Shown here one piece after another: positions 36,152 through 46,160 of a stretch of 55,629 nucleotides of DNA (its first letter is position 1; every line of letters starts with the position of its first letter). The translations under genes were made by a program, and so were the position numbers. Below the pieces are notes generated by a model, which was given only the letters and a program-made list of their open reading frames with translations, did no database searches and was not told where the DNA came from. The stretch covers positions 1-55,629 of the forward strand of contig MWBE01000009.1 in NCBI GenBank assembly GCA_002068915.1, written 5' to 3'. The DNA is from Parcubacteria group bacterium ADurb.Bin326 (lineage in GTDB: Bacteria > Patescibacteriota > Patescibacteriia > 2-01-FULL-39-33).

Positions 36152-38281
36152 CTATTTTCTTTCTTCCTTGCCTTTACGTCCTTCAATGATCTTCATCTCA
36201 ACGTTTTTCGGCACTTCACTGTACTGCAAGAATTCCATACTATATGAAGCGCGTCCCTGAGTCATAGAACGCATTACTGTTGCATAGCCAAACATTTCAG
36301 CCAAAGGAACTTGAGCGTTAATAACCTTAACCGCGGCAGCTCCCGATCCTCTGTCTTCCATGGAATTAATGATGGCGCGGCGAGAATTCAAATCTCCAAT
36401 AACATCACCCATAAATTGCTCCGGAGTAACAACTTCTACTTTCATGACCGGCTCCAAAATTACCGGGGTAGCTCTCTTAGTGGCGTCTTGGAAAGCCATT
36501 GAGGCGGCAATCTTAAACGCAGCTTCAGAAGAGTCGACTTCATGATATGAACCATCATAGACAGTCACCTTGATGTCAATTAATCTGTAACCAGCCAAAA
36601 CACCACGATCCATGGCTTCACGAGCACCTTTTTCAATAGGCTTGATGTACTCCTTAGGAATAACACCACCCTTGACCTCATCAACAAATTCAAATCCCTT
36701 ATTGACCTCGGAGGGTTCAACGCGCAACCAGCAATGACCATATTGGCCACGACCGCCTGATTGGCGGACATACTTTCCTTCCGCTTCAGCTTTACCCTTA
36801 ATGGTTTCGCGATAGGCTACTTGTGGCTGACCGATGTTAGCCTCTACTTTGAACTCACGACGCATACGATCAACGATAATGTCCAAATGAAGTTCTCCCA
36901 TACCGGAAATAACGGTCTGGCCACTTTCCTCGTCAGTACGAACACGGAAGGTCGGATCTTCTTCAGCTAATTTTGATAAAGCCAAAGCCATCTTCTCTTG
37001 ATCGGCTTTAGTTTTGGGTTCGACAGCAATATCAATGACCGGATCCGGGAAAGTAATACTCTCCAAATGAACCGGAAATGACGGATCGGATAAAGTGTCT
37101 CCAGTGGTAATATCTTTGATACCAACAATGGCGGCAATTTCTCCGGCGTACACCTCATCAACTTCTTCGCGAGAATTAGAATGCATTCTCAAAATACGTC
37201 CAATTCTTTCCTTGTTGCCGGTGGAGTTATTTACTATATAAGATCCCGACTTCAAAACTCCGGAATAAACGCGATAGAAAACTAACTTTCCAACAAATGG
37301 GTCAGTAGCAATTTTAAAAGCCAATCCTGACAAAGGAGCGCTGTCATCAACTTTAATTTCAATTTTTTTCTCTTCATCGTCAACGTCTGAACCCAATGGA
37401 GGATCAATATCGATCGGAGATGGCAAATATTCAGCAACGGCATTAAGCATGAATTGAACGCCTTTATTTTTCAGGGCGCTACCACACAAAATTGGAACGA
37501 TTTTATTAGCAATAACCGCCTTACGCAAAGCCTTCTTTAAATCAATAACCGGGATTTCTTCACCAGCCAAATATTTTTCCATTAAAACTTCGTCAGTTTC
37601 CACAATTGCCTCGACTAACTTAGCGCGAAACTCCTTAGCTCTTTCTACTTCATCAGCGGGAATCTCGGACTCTTCGAACTTGGTACCAAGATCGTCTTTA
37701 TAAATCTCAGCCTTCATTTCAAATAAATCAATGATACCAGAAAAAGTTTCGGCAGCGCCGATCGGCAATTGAATAGGATGGGCATTAGAAGTCAAACGAT
37801 CATGAATTGATTTCAAATCGTTATAAAAGTTGGCTCCTATACGATCCATCTTGTTGACGAATCCCAATTTTGGCACGTGATACTTTTCTGACTGTCTCCA
37901 AACAGTCTCAGACTGTGGTTCCACGCCAGCAACGCCGTCGAATACGATAACGCCACCATCGAGTACGCGCAAAGCGCGCTCTACCTCAGCAGTAAAGTCA
38001 ACATGTCCGGGAGTGTCAATTAAGTTGATCTGGATTTCATTTCCTCCTAGCCATTCGGCATTAGGCCAATAGCAAGTGGTAGCGGCTGAGGTGATAGTAA
38101 TACCGCGTTCACGTTCCTGCTCCATCCAGTCCATGGTAGCTTCGCCTTCATGCACTTCACCGGTTTTATGTTTTTTACCGGTGTAGAAAAGTACGCGCTC
38201 AGATACGGTAGTTTTGCCGGCATCAATGTGGGCGATAATACCAATATTTCTGATACGCTCTAAAGGTGTCTTACGGGGCAT
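36152..38281 (-). CDS. fusA: elongation factor G
   Basis: [16 protein letters not shown]...DTPGHVDF...NKMD. 709 aa. Confidence 0.98.
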   Translation of the reverse strand: MPRKTPLERIRNIGIIAHIDAGKTTVSERVLFYTGKKHKTGEVHEGEATMDWMEQERERGITITSAATTCYWPNAEWLGGNEIQINLIDTPGHVDFTAEVERALRVLDGGVIVFDGVAGVEPQSETVWRQSEKYHVPKLGFVNKMDRIGANFYNDLKSIHDRLTSNAHPIQLPIGAAETFSGIIDLFEMKAEIYKDDLGTKFEESEIPADEVERAKEFRAKLVEAIVETDEVLMEKYLAGEEIPVIDLKKALRKAVIANKIVPILCGSALKNKGVQFMLNAVAEYLPSPIDIDPPLGSDVDDEEKKIEIKVDDSAPLSGLAFKIATDPFVGKLVFYRVYSGVLKSGSYIVNNSTGNKERIGRILRMHSNSREEVDEVYAGEIAAIVGIKDITTGDTLSDPSFPVHLESITFPDPVIDIAVEPKTKADQEKMALALSKLAEEDPTFRVRTDEESGQTVISGMGELHLDIIVDRMRREFKVEANIGQPQVAYRETIKGKAEAEGKYVRQSGGRGQYGHCWLRVEPSEVNKGFEFVDEVKGGVIPKEYIKPIEKGAREAMDRGVLAGYRLIDIKVTVYDGSYHEVDSSEAAFKIAASMAFQDATKRATPVILEPVMKVEVVTPEQFMGDVIGDLNSRRAIINSMEDRGSGAAAVKVINAQVPLAEMFGYATVMRSMTQGRASYSMEFLQYSEVPKNVEMKIIEGRKGKEERK

Positions 38282-38307
38282 AAATTATGTTTTGAGTTTA
38301 ATTAAAT

Positions 38308-38775
38308 TTATCTAGAAAAATGAGCGAAGGCTCTATTGGCCTCAGCCATCTTATAAGTATCCTGCTTCTTCTTGATAGCGGCCCCCTCATTGTTATAAGC
38401 AGCGATAAATTCTTCGGCTAACTTCTCGGCCATGCGCTTGCCTTTCTTAGCGTTGGCGGCATCGATCAGCCAACGGCAACCGAGAGCGAAACTACGTTCC
38501 GGTCTAACAGCCATTGGAACTTGATAGTTGGCGCCACCGACACGACGACCCTTGATTTCTACGCTAGGAGAAATATTTTTGATAGCTGCATCAAAAATTC
38601 CCAGAGCGTCTCCTTTGGTTTTCTCAGAAACTATATCTAAAGCTTCGTAAACAATGCCCTTGGCAACCGTTTTTTTGCCGCGTTGCATTATGTAATTGAT
38701 AAACTTAGCAATGTCTTGGCTATTAAACTTATCATCCGGTTTAATAACTCTTTTAGGTGCTCTTTTACCTCTCAT
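38308..38775 (-). CDS. rpsG: 30S ribosomal protein S7
   Basis: ...MQRGKK..A..IVY.A...GGANYQVP. Confidence 0.96.
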   Translation of the reverse strand: MRGKRAPKRVIKPDDKFNSQDIAKFINYIMQRGKKTVAKGIVYEALDIVSEKTKGDALGIFDAAIKNISPSVEIKGRRVGGANYQVPMAVRPERSFALGCRWLIDAANAKKGKRMAEKLAEEFIAAYNNEGAAIKKKQDTYKMAEANRAFAHFSR

Positions 38776-38790
38776 ATCTATTCCTCTTTA

Positions 38791-39219
38791 TTACTTAGCG
38801 GCTTTCTTTTCTTTTTTGGCTCCATACAAGCTACGACCGCGCTTGCGATTAGCAACGCCGGCAGAGTCATAAACTCCACGGACGATGTGATAACGAACAC
38901 CAGGAAGATCTTTGACTCTACCGCCACGAATCATGACGATGGAGTGTTCTTGTAAGTTGTGACCAATTCCAGGAATATAAGCAGTAACTTCTTGTCCATT
39001 AGATAAACGGACACGAGCGATTTTTCTCAAAGCTGAGTTAGGTTTTTTCGGGGTGGTGGTTCTTACTTGAGTGCAAACGCCACGCTTAAAAGAATTACCC
39101 TTCTGCATGGTTCTGCGCTTTCTGTGCAAGCTGTCCAAAGTGATCTGCATATCCGGAGTCTTGGATTTTGCCGGCTTGGACTTCCTGCCTTTTTTCAATA
39201 ACTGATTGATTGTTGGCAT
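38791..39219 (-). CDS. rpsL: 30S ribosomal protein S12
   Basis: [12 protein letters not shown]...[33 protein letters not shown]. Confidence 0.97.
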   Translation of the reverse strand: MPTINQLLKKGRKSKPAKSKTPDMQITLDSLHRKRRTMQKGNSFKRGVCTQVRTTTPKKPNSALRKIARVRLSNGQEVTAYIPGIGHNLQEHSIVMIRGGRVKDLPGVRYHIVRGVYDSAGVANRKRGRSLYGAKKEKKAAK

Positions 39220-39422
39220 AATTGATTGTTTTTTCTCCAGTTTTAAATTGGAAAATAATGCAAATAAGCGAATTCGCCTTCAAATTAGAGAATTCCCAAC
39301 GTTCTCAGAAACCCTCGGGTTAAAGACGAAAAAATCCCAAAACCGGATGTGGGACCTTCGGATTATTTGGCTAAAATTAAATAATTTTTAACGCCAATAG
39401 TCAGCATCTATCGACGCTAAAT

Positions 39423-39451
39423 ATTTTAACTTATTTCCCTTTAAAAGTCAA
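39423..39451 (-). promoter_or_regulatory. str-operon promoter TTGACT-17-TAAAAT
   Basis: Reverse strand: TTGACT (39446-39451), TAAAAT (39423-39428). Leaves a roughly 200-nt leader before rpsL. Confidence 0.55.
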
Positions 39452-39456
39452 CTCGC

Positions 39457-40092
39457 CTACTGAATTAGACGGCTAATCAAATCAACCATAAAACCGAATA
39501 ACCGGCTAAAAATCCCCGCTCCAGTAATTGAATCAAAAATTATGACCATCAACAGTATCCAGGGACCATTAACCGAAAACTTGTACTTAAACTCGGCAAA
39601 CCGTGAATCCGGCAATAAACTGAATAAAATCTTCGATCCGTCAAGTGGCGGAATGGGAATCAAATTGAAAACAAACAATGAAATATTAATCAAGGTCATC
39701 ATGAATAAAAAATTAGAAAGCAAATTATTGATTCCTAAAATCGGCGACAAAAACTTAAATAATAAAGCAAAAATAAAGACGCAAACTAAATTAGCCAAAG
39801 GCCCAGCCAAAGAAACCAGGGCTATGCCGGAACGTGGTTGACGTAAATTATAAGGGTTAACGGAAACTGGTTTGGCCCAGCCAAAACCGGCAATTAACAG
39901 CATAAAAAATCCCAACGGATCGATGTGAGTCAAGGGATTGAAAGAAATTCTCCCATCTTCTTTAGCTGTATGATCGCCCAAAAGATAAGCAGTGAACGCA
40001 TGGGAAAATTCATGAATGGTTAACGCAGTAACTATGGCAACCACCCAGGCCACAAAAAATAATGGTTCGGTAAAAAGCCGATTTATCAGCAT
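39457..40092 (-). CDS. site-2 protease family (M50) membrane metalloprotease
   Basis: HEFSHAF (HExxH) in a TM helix and NLIPIPPLDGSKIL (NxxPxxxxDG). Confidence 0.88.
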   Translation of the reverse strand: MLINRLFTEPLFFVAWVVAIVTALTIHEFSHAFTAYLLGDHTAKEDGRISFNPLTHIDPLGFFMLLIAGFGWAKPVSVNPYNLRQPRSGIALVSLAGPLANLVCVFIFALLFKFLSPILGINNLLSNFLFMMTLINISLFVFNLIPIPPLDGSKILFSLLPDSRFAEFKYKFSVNGPWILLMVIIFDSITGAGIFSRLFGFMVDLISRLIQ

Positions 40093-40198
40093 ATTATTTT
40101 AAAGCCTTAATAATTATTGCCATTATTTTATCATAATTGACTTTTTTTAACAATTGTGCTAATATTTCAAACAGTCAAATAAACTATAAAATCTAAAT

Positions 40199-40366
40199 AT
40201 GTCCAAGTCATGCCAAATCTGCGGTCGTGGCACTAGCACCGCTAACAATGTTAGCCACTCTAATGTCAAGACCAAGAGAACTCAGAAAATCAATTTGCAA
40301 AGCAAGAAAATTGCTGGAGCCAGAGTAAAAGTCTGCACCAGCTGCCTAAAAACCAAAGCTAAATAA
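40199..40366 (+). CDS. rpmB: 50S ribosomal protein L28 (55 aa; below ORF-track cutoff)
   Basis: Hand translation: MSKSCQICGRGTSTANNVSHSNVKTKRTQKINLQSKKIAGARVKVCTSCLKTKAK. Confidence 0.9.
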   Translation: MSKSCQICGRGTSTANNVSHSNVKTKRTQKINLQSKKIAGARVKVCTSCLKTKAK

Positions 40367-40382
40367 ATTTTTAGAGATTAAC

Positions 40383-40406
40383 AAAACCCGCCTTACGGCG
40401 GGTTTT
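40383..40406. terminator. bidirectional terminator between rpmB (+) and ndk (-)
   Basis: AAAACCCGCC-TTAC-GGCGGGTTTT. Confidence 0.8.
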
Positions 40407-40420
40407 GTTGTACTTCAATT

Positions 40421-40921
40421 TTAGAAAGTAAGATCTTCGTAAACAGTCTTGTAGCTATAAATCTCTTCCTCAGAAAACCAAATGTGAATTTCCTTGTCTG
40501 CCTCTTCTGGCGTAGCTGAGGCGTGGATAATGTTAGCCACGGCCTTACCGGCAGCGTCAGCTCGAGCATAAGATATGTGAGAATAGTCGCCACGAATAGT
40601 TCCAGGCAAGGCTGATTTAGGCTCGGTAGAACCAACCATCATGCGTACATTTTCCACCGCGTTCACTCCTTCAATTACTATGGCTAAAATTGGCCCCGTA
40701 GTAATGAAATCGATTAGGAGTTGCCTGACTTTTTCGCCGCGTCTAGTTATAATATCTTCTCCATAGTGCTGTCCGGCGGAATCAGGATTGGCCCATTTTA
40801 ATTTCATGGCAGCGATTTTCATTCCCGATTTTTCAAAACGAGAAATAACCTCCCCCATTAATCCTCTCTTGACTGCATCGGGCTTGAGCAGCACCAACGT
40901 TCTTTCGATTTGATCTTCCAT
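40421..40921 (-). CDS. ndk: nucleoside diphosphate kinase
   Basis: ERTLVLLKPDAV.RGL.GE.ISRFE..G...NIIHAS. Confidence 0.93.
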   Translation of the reverse strand: MEDQIERTLVLLKPDAVKRGLMGEVISRFEKSGMKIAAMKLKWANPDSAGQHYGEDIITRRGEKVRQLLIDFITTGPILAIVIEGVNAVENVRMMVGSTEPKSALPGTIRGDYSHISYARADAAGKAVANIIHASATPEEADKEIHIWFSEEEIYSYKTVYEDLTF

Positions 40922-40945
40922 AATTTTACAATTACTAATTTTATC

Positions 40946-41326
40946 TTATTTAAATACTATCTTCTTAACCGCCGATAAAACATCAGCTGGGGTGTGTTGC
41001 GACTTAATAAAATATTCAACCGCTCCCAACTGGCTTCCCTTTTCTTTGTCGCTCTCTTGTCCCAAGTTAGTCAACATCATCACAGGAATGTTTTTAGTCT
41101 TGGAATCATCTTTAATCATCTGCAAGACAGAGAAACCGTCAATTTCCGGCAAAATCACATCCAATAAAATGATATTCGGTTTTTCCTTGGAAGCAATTTC
41201 AAAAGCCTCAGTCCCCTTATCCGTCACTAAAACCTCAAAACCCTCCTCCTCTAATCTCATCTTATACATATCAACTATCATCGACTCGTCTTCGACTAGG
41301 AGCACTTTTATTTTTTTATCGCTCAT
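40946..41326 (-). CDS. stand-alone response regulator receiver
   Basis: KVLLVEDES...IILLDVILPEIDG...LTN...K. Confidence 0.85.
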   Translation of the reverse strand: MSDKKIKVLLVEDESMIVDMYKMRLEEEGFEVLVTDKGTEAFEIASKEKPNIILLDVILPEIDGFSVLQMIKDDSKTKNIPVMMLTNLGQESDKEKGSQLGAVEYFIKSQHTPADVLSAVKKIVFK

Positions 41327-41378
41327 TTGTTTAAATTAGAATCATTAATCTGGTCCTATCTTAACAAAAAACATGGCC

Positions 41379-42353
41379 TTAATCAAGAAGCTCCGGTTTA
41401 AAGCCATTTTCGGAGGAAATAAAAAGAATGTCCCCCAAAATATCAGTTCTTAAAATTTTTGAATCGACTTTTTCTAAATTGTATAAGGTTCGGTAGTGTG
41501 GGTGGCCGAAAGAATTTTTCTTACCGCAGGAAATGATAGAAAAATAAGGCGAGACAACGGCAATAAACTCCTTGTCATTAGCATTGCTTGAGCCGTGATG
41601 GCCGACTTTCAATATTTGAGATTTTAAAGCTTCGGGACCATAAGAAGAAACTAGCGTTTCTTCATCTTCAAAATCTCCCATAAACAATGCGGTGCCGGAA
41701 CCATAAATAAGACGAAAAACCAAAGAACTGTTATTTATGTGTTCCGGCTTAATCTGATAAAAACTTTTTACAGGAGCAAGAAACTGCAAATTTACTCCAT
41801 TGTCCCAAGATAATTCCTGCGGCCTATCAATAATTTCTGCATCAATGTTTTTGTCTTTAATAATTTTTAAAAACTCCAAATAACCGGGAGCGGAATGAAC
41901 CGATCCATTAAAGTAAATTTTATCTACTTGATAGCGTTCCATGATTTCCGCGAGGCCGTCGACATGATCGGCATGCGCGTGTGTAAGAATCATTACTTCG
42001 ATTTTGCGATCAGTGTAAGGAAGATATTTGCCTAACTTTTCCAAAATCGACCTGTCAGGACCTCCATCAATTATCATTTCCCAATCGCCCTGCTTTACCA
42101 TGACACTGTCGCCTTGACCGACATCAAAAAAATATAATTTCAAATCGGATGACTTTTCTTCATAGCTTTCTTGATTTACTGAAGGCCCATTCTCGGAAAA
42201 ATCATCGCTACCGGTGACAGAATAAAAATCATCGCGGCTTATTTCTGCAACCCCGGCAACCGAGCCGTTCAAAAAATCAGATGATGAAAAAAATATCAGC
42301 CACAACAAGCCGGCGGTAATTGCGATAATTAATGATGAGAGTATTTTTTTCAT
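41379..42353 (-). CDS. MBL-fold metallo-hydrolase (ComEC C-terminal-type domain) with own signal/anchor
   Basis: THAHADHVDG motif, N-terminal hydrophobic segment, immediately downstream of comEC. Confidence 0.8.
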   Translation of the reverse strand: MKKILSSLIIAITAGLLWLIFFSSSDFLNGSVAGVAEISRDDFYSVTGSDDFSENGPSVNQESYEEKSSDLKLYFFDVGQGDSVMVKQGDWEMIIDGGPDRSILEKLGKYLPYTDRKIEVMILTHAHADHVDGLAEIMERYQVDKIYFNGSVHSAPGYLEFLKIIKDKNIDAEIIDRPQELSWDNGVNLQFLAPVKSFYQIKPEHINNSSLVFRLIYGSGTALFMGDFEDEETLVSSYGPEALKSQILKVGHHGSSNANDKEFIAVVSPYFSIISCGKKNSFGHPHYRTLYNLEKVDSKILRTDILGDILFISSENGFKPELLD

Positions 42354-42364
42354 AATTTACTTAA

Positions 42365-43825
42365 TTATACCATCTTTTTTCCGGCCAGCCAGACCCAAAC
42401 AAAAATAATCAGATAAGAAATAATTGCGCTCAATAAACTGATCTGCCCCAATCCCCAATCACTAAAAAGTAAGCCGTCAAGCCATTTAGAGACTTCCAAC
42501 CAATAAACGCAAATAACCCAGACTGGAAAGCCGATTATTTTACCAAAAAGTACAGAAATTACCGCGACAACAACTTGCGCCAAACCCAAAACAGTAAGCA
42601 AGGGAATGGCAGGCAGTATCAATAAATTGGCAAAAAAAGAAATGAAGGAAAAATTGCCGAAATGAAAAAGAATTAAGGGCATAGTCGATAATTGGGCTGC
42701 ACAAGTCGCCACCACAATCTCTCTTAATTGCAAAAATTCAGGAAAAATAGAGAAGTATTTTTTTATAATCGGAGTTATATAAATCAAGCCCCAGACAGCG
42801 GCAAAAGAGAGTTGAAAACCAACGTCGCCTATGATAATTTCCGGATTTTCCAAAGCCATCAAGGCGGCCGCTGAGATCAAAACATTTTTTGACCTAGAAA
42901 GGCGTCCGATTTTTTGGGAGAAAAGAATCATTAACCCCATAATCGCGGAACGAACTGCTGACGCCGGGGCCCCGACTAAAATAACGTAGAAGACAACGAT
43001 CCAAAATATGGGCCAAAAAGAGCGTGGTCGCGAGACACCTGCTGTCAAAAAACAAGCCAGAAGAACGGAGCAGACTATGGCTATATGTGATCCGGAAATA
43101 GCAATTACATGAGTGAGTCCCAAGCGAGAAAACCTATCCTTCAAATATTTTGGCATGCCCGCCCCATCTCCCAGCATCATGCCTCGCATCAGTGACGCTG
43201 TAGGCTCGGGCAAAGTTAAATTTATTTTCTCTGACAAAAAACGACGAGCAGATCCCCAAAAACCGGCAAAGCTCGCGCTACCGAAATCCAAAACTGTAAT
43301 TTCAGGATTCCAGCAAGACGAATAAATTCTTCGACTCGATAAATACTTTGCAAAACCGGACTGTTTTATTTCATCAAGTCCTTGCAACTCACAATTGACG
43401 CTGATTATATCCCCAACGTCGAATTTAGGAAAGATGCCGGCTGTAGTTTGAATTTTTCCTGATACGGCGATATTACCAGCCTCGAGCTTGGAAGCAGAAA
43501 TTTCCAGACGCTGACTATCCGGACTATTAGAGACTAGAACTATTTTTCCTATAAAAGCAACTTTTTGTCCGTTGTGATAACAAAGATTTTTCGGCCGGCT
43601 ACAATCAGGCAATGACAAATCATAACGCCACCAACCAAAAACAAAAACTGTCGCCAAAATGAGCACATAAAAAAATCGTTTATGCCGAAAAAACATTAAT
43701 GAACAAAAAAATAAAATCAATAACAAACAAAAAAGATAAAAGCCTTCTAAAAATAAAAAACTGCCCGTAACTATTCCGGCAAGGAAAAATATCAGGCAAT
43801 AAAAAAATAATTCCGAATTAGCCAC
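42365..43825 (-). CDS. comEC: ComEC/Rec2 DNA internalisation channel (membrane part)
   Basis: 486 aa polytopic. Has the DUF4131-like OB region and the competence-domain pattern GLTHVIAISGSHI. Confidence 0.8.
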   Translation of the reverse strand: MANSELFFYCLIFFLAGIVTGSFLFLEGFYLFCLLLILFFCSLMFFRHKRFFYVLILATVFVFGWWRYDLSLPDCSRPKNLCYHNGQKVAFIGKIVLVSNSPDSQRLEISASKLEAGNIAVSGKIQTTAGIFPKFDVGDIISVNCELQGLDEIKQSGFAKYLSSRRIYSSCWNPEITVLDFGSASFAGFWGSARRFLSEKINLTLPEPTASLMRGMMLGDGAGMPKYLKDRFSRLGLTHVIAISGSHIAIVCSVLLACFLTAGVSRPRSFWPIFWIVVFYVILVGAPASAVRSAIMGLMILFSQKIGRLSRSKNVLISAAALMALENPEIIIGDVGFQLSFAAVWGLIYITPIIKKYFSIFPEFLQLREIVVATCAAQLSTMPLILFHFGNFSFISFFANLLILPAIPLLTVLGLAQVVVAVISVLFGKIIGFPVWVICVYWLEVSKWLDGLLFSDWGLGQISLLSAIISYLIIFVWVWLAGKKMV

Positions 43826-43846
43826 CCTCCTTTATTTTATTACTTA

Positions 43847-44939
43847 TTACTGAGAAGCCGACTGGCGTAAAAAGCTTTCTACTAACTGATCGATTTCTCC
43901 ATTTAATACTGCTTCGGTGTCAGGCGTTTCAAATCCGCTACGATGATCTTTTACTAGGCGATAGGGTTGCAGCACATAAGAACGAGCCTGATTGCCCCAT
44001 TGAGCCTTGCGATACTCGCCTTTGATTTTTTGCAGATCACTCTCTGCTTGTTCTTGATAGACCAAAAGCAACTTGGCCTTGAGAATCTTCATGGCCGTAG
44101 CCCTATTCTGTACTTGAGATCGTTCATTCTGGCACTTTACGGCTATCCCTGTCGGCAAGTGAGTGATGCGAACCGCCGAGTCAGTAGTGTTGACGCTCTG
44201 GCCGCCGTGACCACCGGCACGCATCACTTCTATTTTCAGGTCGTCTTCTTTTATCTCAATCTCTTTTGATTCCTCAATCTCGGGCAGGACTTCAACCAAG
44301 GCAAACGAAGTGTGGCGCATTTTTTCAGCGTCAAAAGGAGAAATGCGCACTAAGCGATGCGCTCCGCCTTCACTTCTTAACCAACCATACGCATAACGAC
44401 CAGCAACCTCCAACGTAACACTTTTAATCCCCGCTTCGCTTCCGGGCGTCTCGTCAACAATACTTGTATCAAAACCGTGACGCTCACAAAAACGCAAATA
44501 CATTCGCAGGAGCATTTGCGCCCAATCTTGAGCATCAACTCCTCCGGTTCCGGCATGAATTGATATTATGGCATTACCCTTATCAAAATCTCCCGAAAAT
44601 AAAACGCTAAACTCCAAAGAGGAGTAGCGCTTTTGCAGTTCGGCTAATCGGGAAGAAATCTCTTCTTCTATTGAAGAATCGCCGCTTGAAATTTCAGATA
44701 ACTCCAATAAATCCCTGGCTTCTTTAATAAACTGAGACCAGAGATCCACTTCTTGTTTAATTAATTCATAGCGCTTACTGACGTCCTTGGCCTTTTCTTG
44801 GTCAGACCAAAAATCGGGAGCATTCATCTCCTTCTCCAGTTCCTCCATTTGCTTACGCGACCTATCTAGGTCAAAGTAACCTCCAAGTGCCTTGAGCTCT
44901 TTCGAGCAGGTCTTTTATTTGAGAAATTAAATTTTCCAT
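43847..44939 (-). CDS. prfB: peptide chain release factor 2, programmed +1 frameshift
   Basis: ATG 44939, 22 codons, then GGAGG-TTA-CTT-TGA-C (TGA 44871-44873). The +1 frame continues DLDRSRKQMEELEKEM... with SPF and GGQ motifs. Confidence 0.92.
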
Positions 44940-44943
44940 TTTG

Positions 44944-45180
44944 TTAAATTCCTAAAAGTTTAAAGATATCTCCATCTCCGACCAAATCTTTGATAAGGGA
45001 AGGAATGTAAAATATAGCAAAGACAGCAGGAGCCAAAACAATAATTATCCAGACTACATTAAAAATCAATCGCAATCGCAAATACCGTCTTATGTGAGAA
45101 ATCTCTTCTTTAACCTCCGCCGTCTCTGTGAGATTCTTTTCAAGCAATTCTTTAATTTGATTAAAATCAGTCTCTGGCAT
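44944..45180 (-). CDS. small membrane protein (78 aa)
   Basis: One TM (LIFNVVWIIIVLAPAVFAIFYI). Tightly packed between nrdG and prfB. Confidence 0.5.
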   Translation of the reverse strand: MPETDFNQIKELLEKNLTETAEVKEEISHIRRYLRLRLIFNVVWIIIVLAPAVFAIFYIPSLIKDLVGDGDIFKLLGI

Positions 45181-45184
45181 AAAT

Positions 45185-45874
45185 TTATCTTATAGAACAC
45201 TTCTTAACAAATTTCTCGCACTGCATGCGCATTTTTTCCATTTCCGCAGGAGTAAAGCCAACTAATCTCGCCTTAGGATTAAGCGTCGGCTCATCTCGAA
45301 ATCCCTGTAAAAAATACAACTCGGCACCCTTAATATCTTTTCCTATTTTAACAGCATCCTCAATCGAATGCAATCCTTTAGCGAATGTGGTCCTAAACTC
45401 ATAAGACAGGTCGGAATTCATCACTAAAGCAATACTCTCTTTTATATTTGAAGTATCTTCAATGCCACAATACTTAGAATACTCGCCCAACGGACCCTTA
45501 ATGTCCATGGCTATGTAGTCAATTAACTTTTGAGAGATTAGTTTTTTAAGAACCTCCGGCAACAAACCATTAGTGTCTAACTTTACGCTGTAACCCATCT
45601 CCTTAACCTCCCCTAAAAAACTGGGTAGATCGTTTTGGATTGTTGGCTCGCCTCCGGTGATCACCAATCCATCAAGATATTTTTTTCTTTTTTTTAGAAA
45701 GGACAGAATTTGTTTTTCTTCAAAAGATTTTTCTTTGTCCAAGTGTTCCGGCAGAACCAATTTATAATTATAACAAAAGGGGCAGCGCATATTGCACCCT
45801 GAGGTGAAAATAATCGCTGCCACCTTTTGCGGATAATCCAGAAGAGTTACTGGCTGAAAACCCCCTATAACCAT
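45185..45874 (-). CDS. nrdG: anaerobic ribonucleotide reductase activase (radical SAM)
   Basis: CNMRCPFCYN cluster motif, GGEP, 229 aa. Confidence 0.9.
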   Translation of the reverse strand: MVIGGFQPVTLLDYPQKVAAIIFTSGCNMRCPFCYNYKLVLPEHLDKEKSFEEKQILSFLKKRKKYLDGLVITGGEPTIQNDLPSFLGEVKEMGYSVKLDTNGLLPEVLKKLISQKLIDYIAMDIKGPLGEYSKYCGIEDTSNIKESIALVMNSDLSYEFRTTFAKGLHSIEDAVKIGKDIKGAELYFLQGFRDEPTLNPKARLVGFTPAEMEKMRMQCEKFVKKCSIR

Positions 45875-45883
45875 AACAAGAAA

Positions 45884-46054
45884 TTAAACCCCTGCACCAT
45901 CTTCTCCGGAACAAGCGCAAACGTCGAAAGTCTTTCGATCAATAAACTCTGACTGCTTCCCAGGATTCCATTGATCTACCGGCCTAATATAGCCGACAAT
46001 TCTGGAGTAGACTTCGCAGGGCTGTCTCTCCAGCTGTTCTTTTGCACCTTCCAT
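45884..46054 (-). CDS. separately encoded glycyl-radical domain of class III RNR (56 aa; below ORF-track cutoff)
   Basis: Hand translation: MEGAKEQLERQPCEVYSRIVGYIRPVDQWNPGKQSEFIDRKTFDVCACSGEDGAGV. SRIVGY...WN.GK..EF.DR is the NrdD C-terminal radical loop. Confidence 0.8.
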   Translation of the reverse strand: MEGAKEQLERQPCEVYSRIVGYIRPVDQWNPGKQSEFIDRKTFDVCACSGEDGAGV

Positions 46055-46160
46055 AATATTATCTTAAGTTATTAATAAGTATAATATATAGCACATTATT
46101 AAATATAACACATTAAAGGCTTTATCGAAAGATGTATTATTTCTTCCAAATTAAGGCATT

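Noticed and set aside
41379-43825. ComEC split into two ORFs as a frameshift artefact
   Set aside because: The MBL-domain ORF has its own ATG and an N-terminal hydrophobic anchor. It is separated by an 11-nt gap rather than by overlapping frames, so it is probably a genuine two-gene arrangement.
43847-44848. prfB as a 5'-truncated pseudogene
   Set aside because: The upstream 22-codon frame ending in CTT TGA C with a GGAGG motif is the canonical programmed +1 frameshift.
46055-46160. Group I/II intron or intein interrupting nrdD; NrdR boxes in the gap
   Set aside because: The gap is 106 nt of AT-rich sequence, too short and unstructured for a self-splicing intron. Stop codons exclude an intein. 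The two GTG(T/C)TATAT-like motifs match the NrdR palindrome in only one half and have the wrong spacing.
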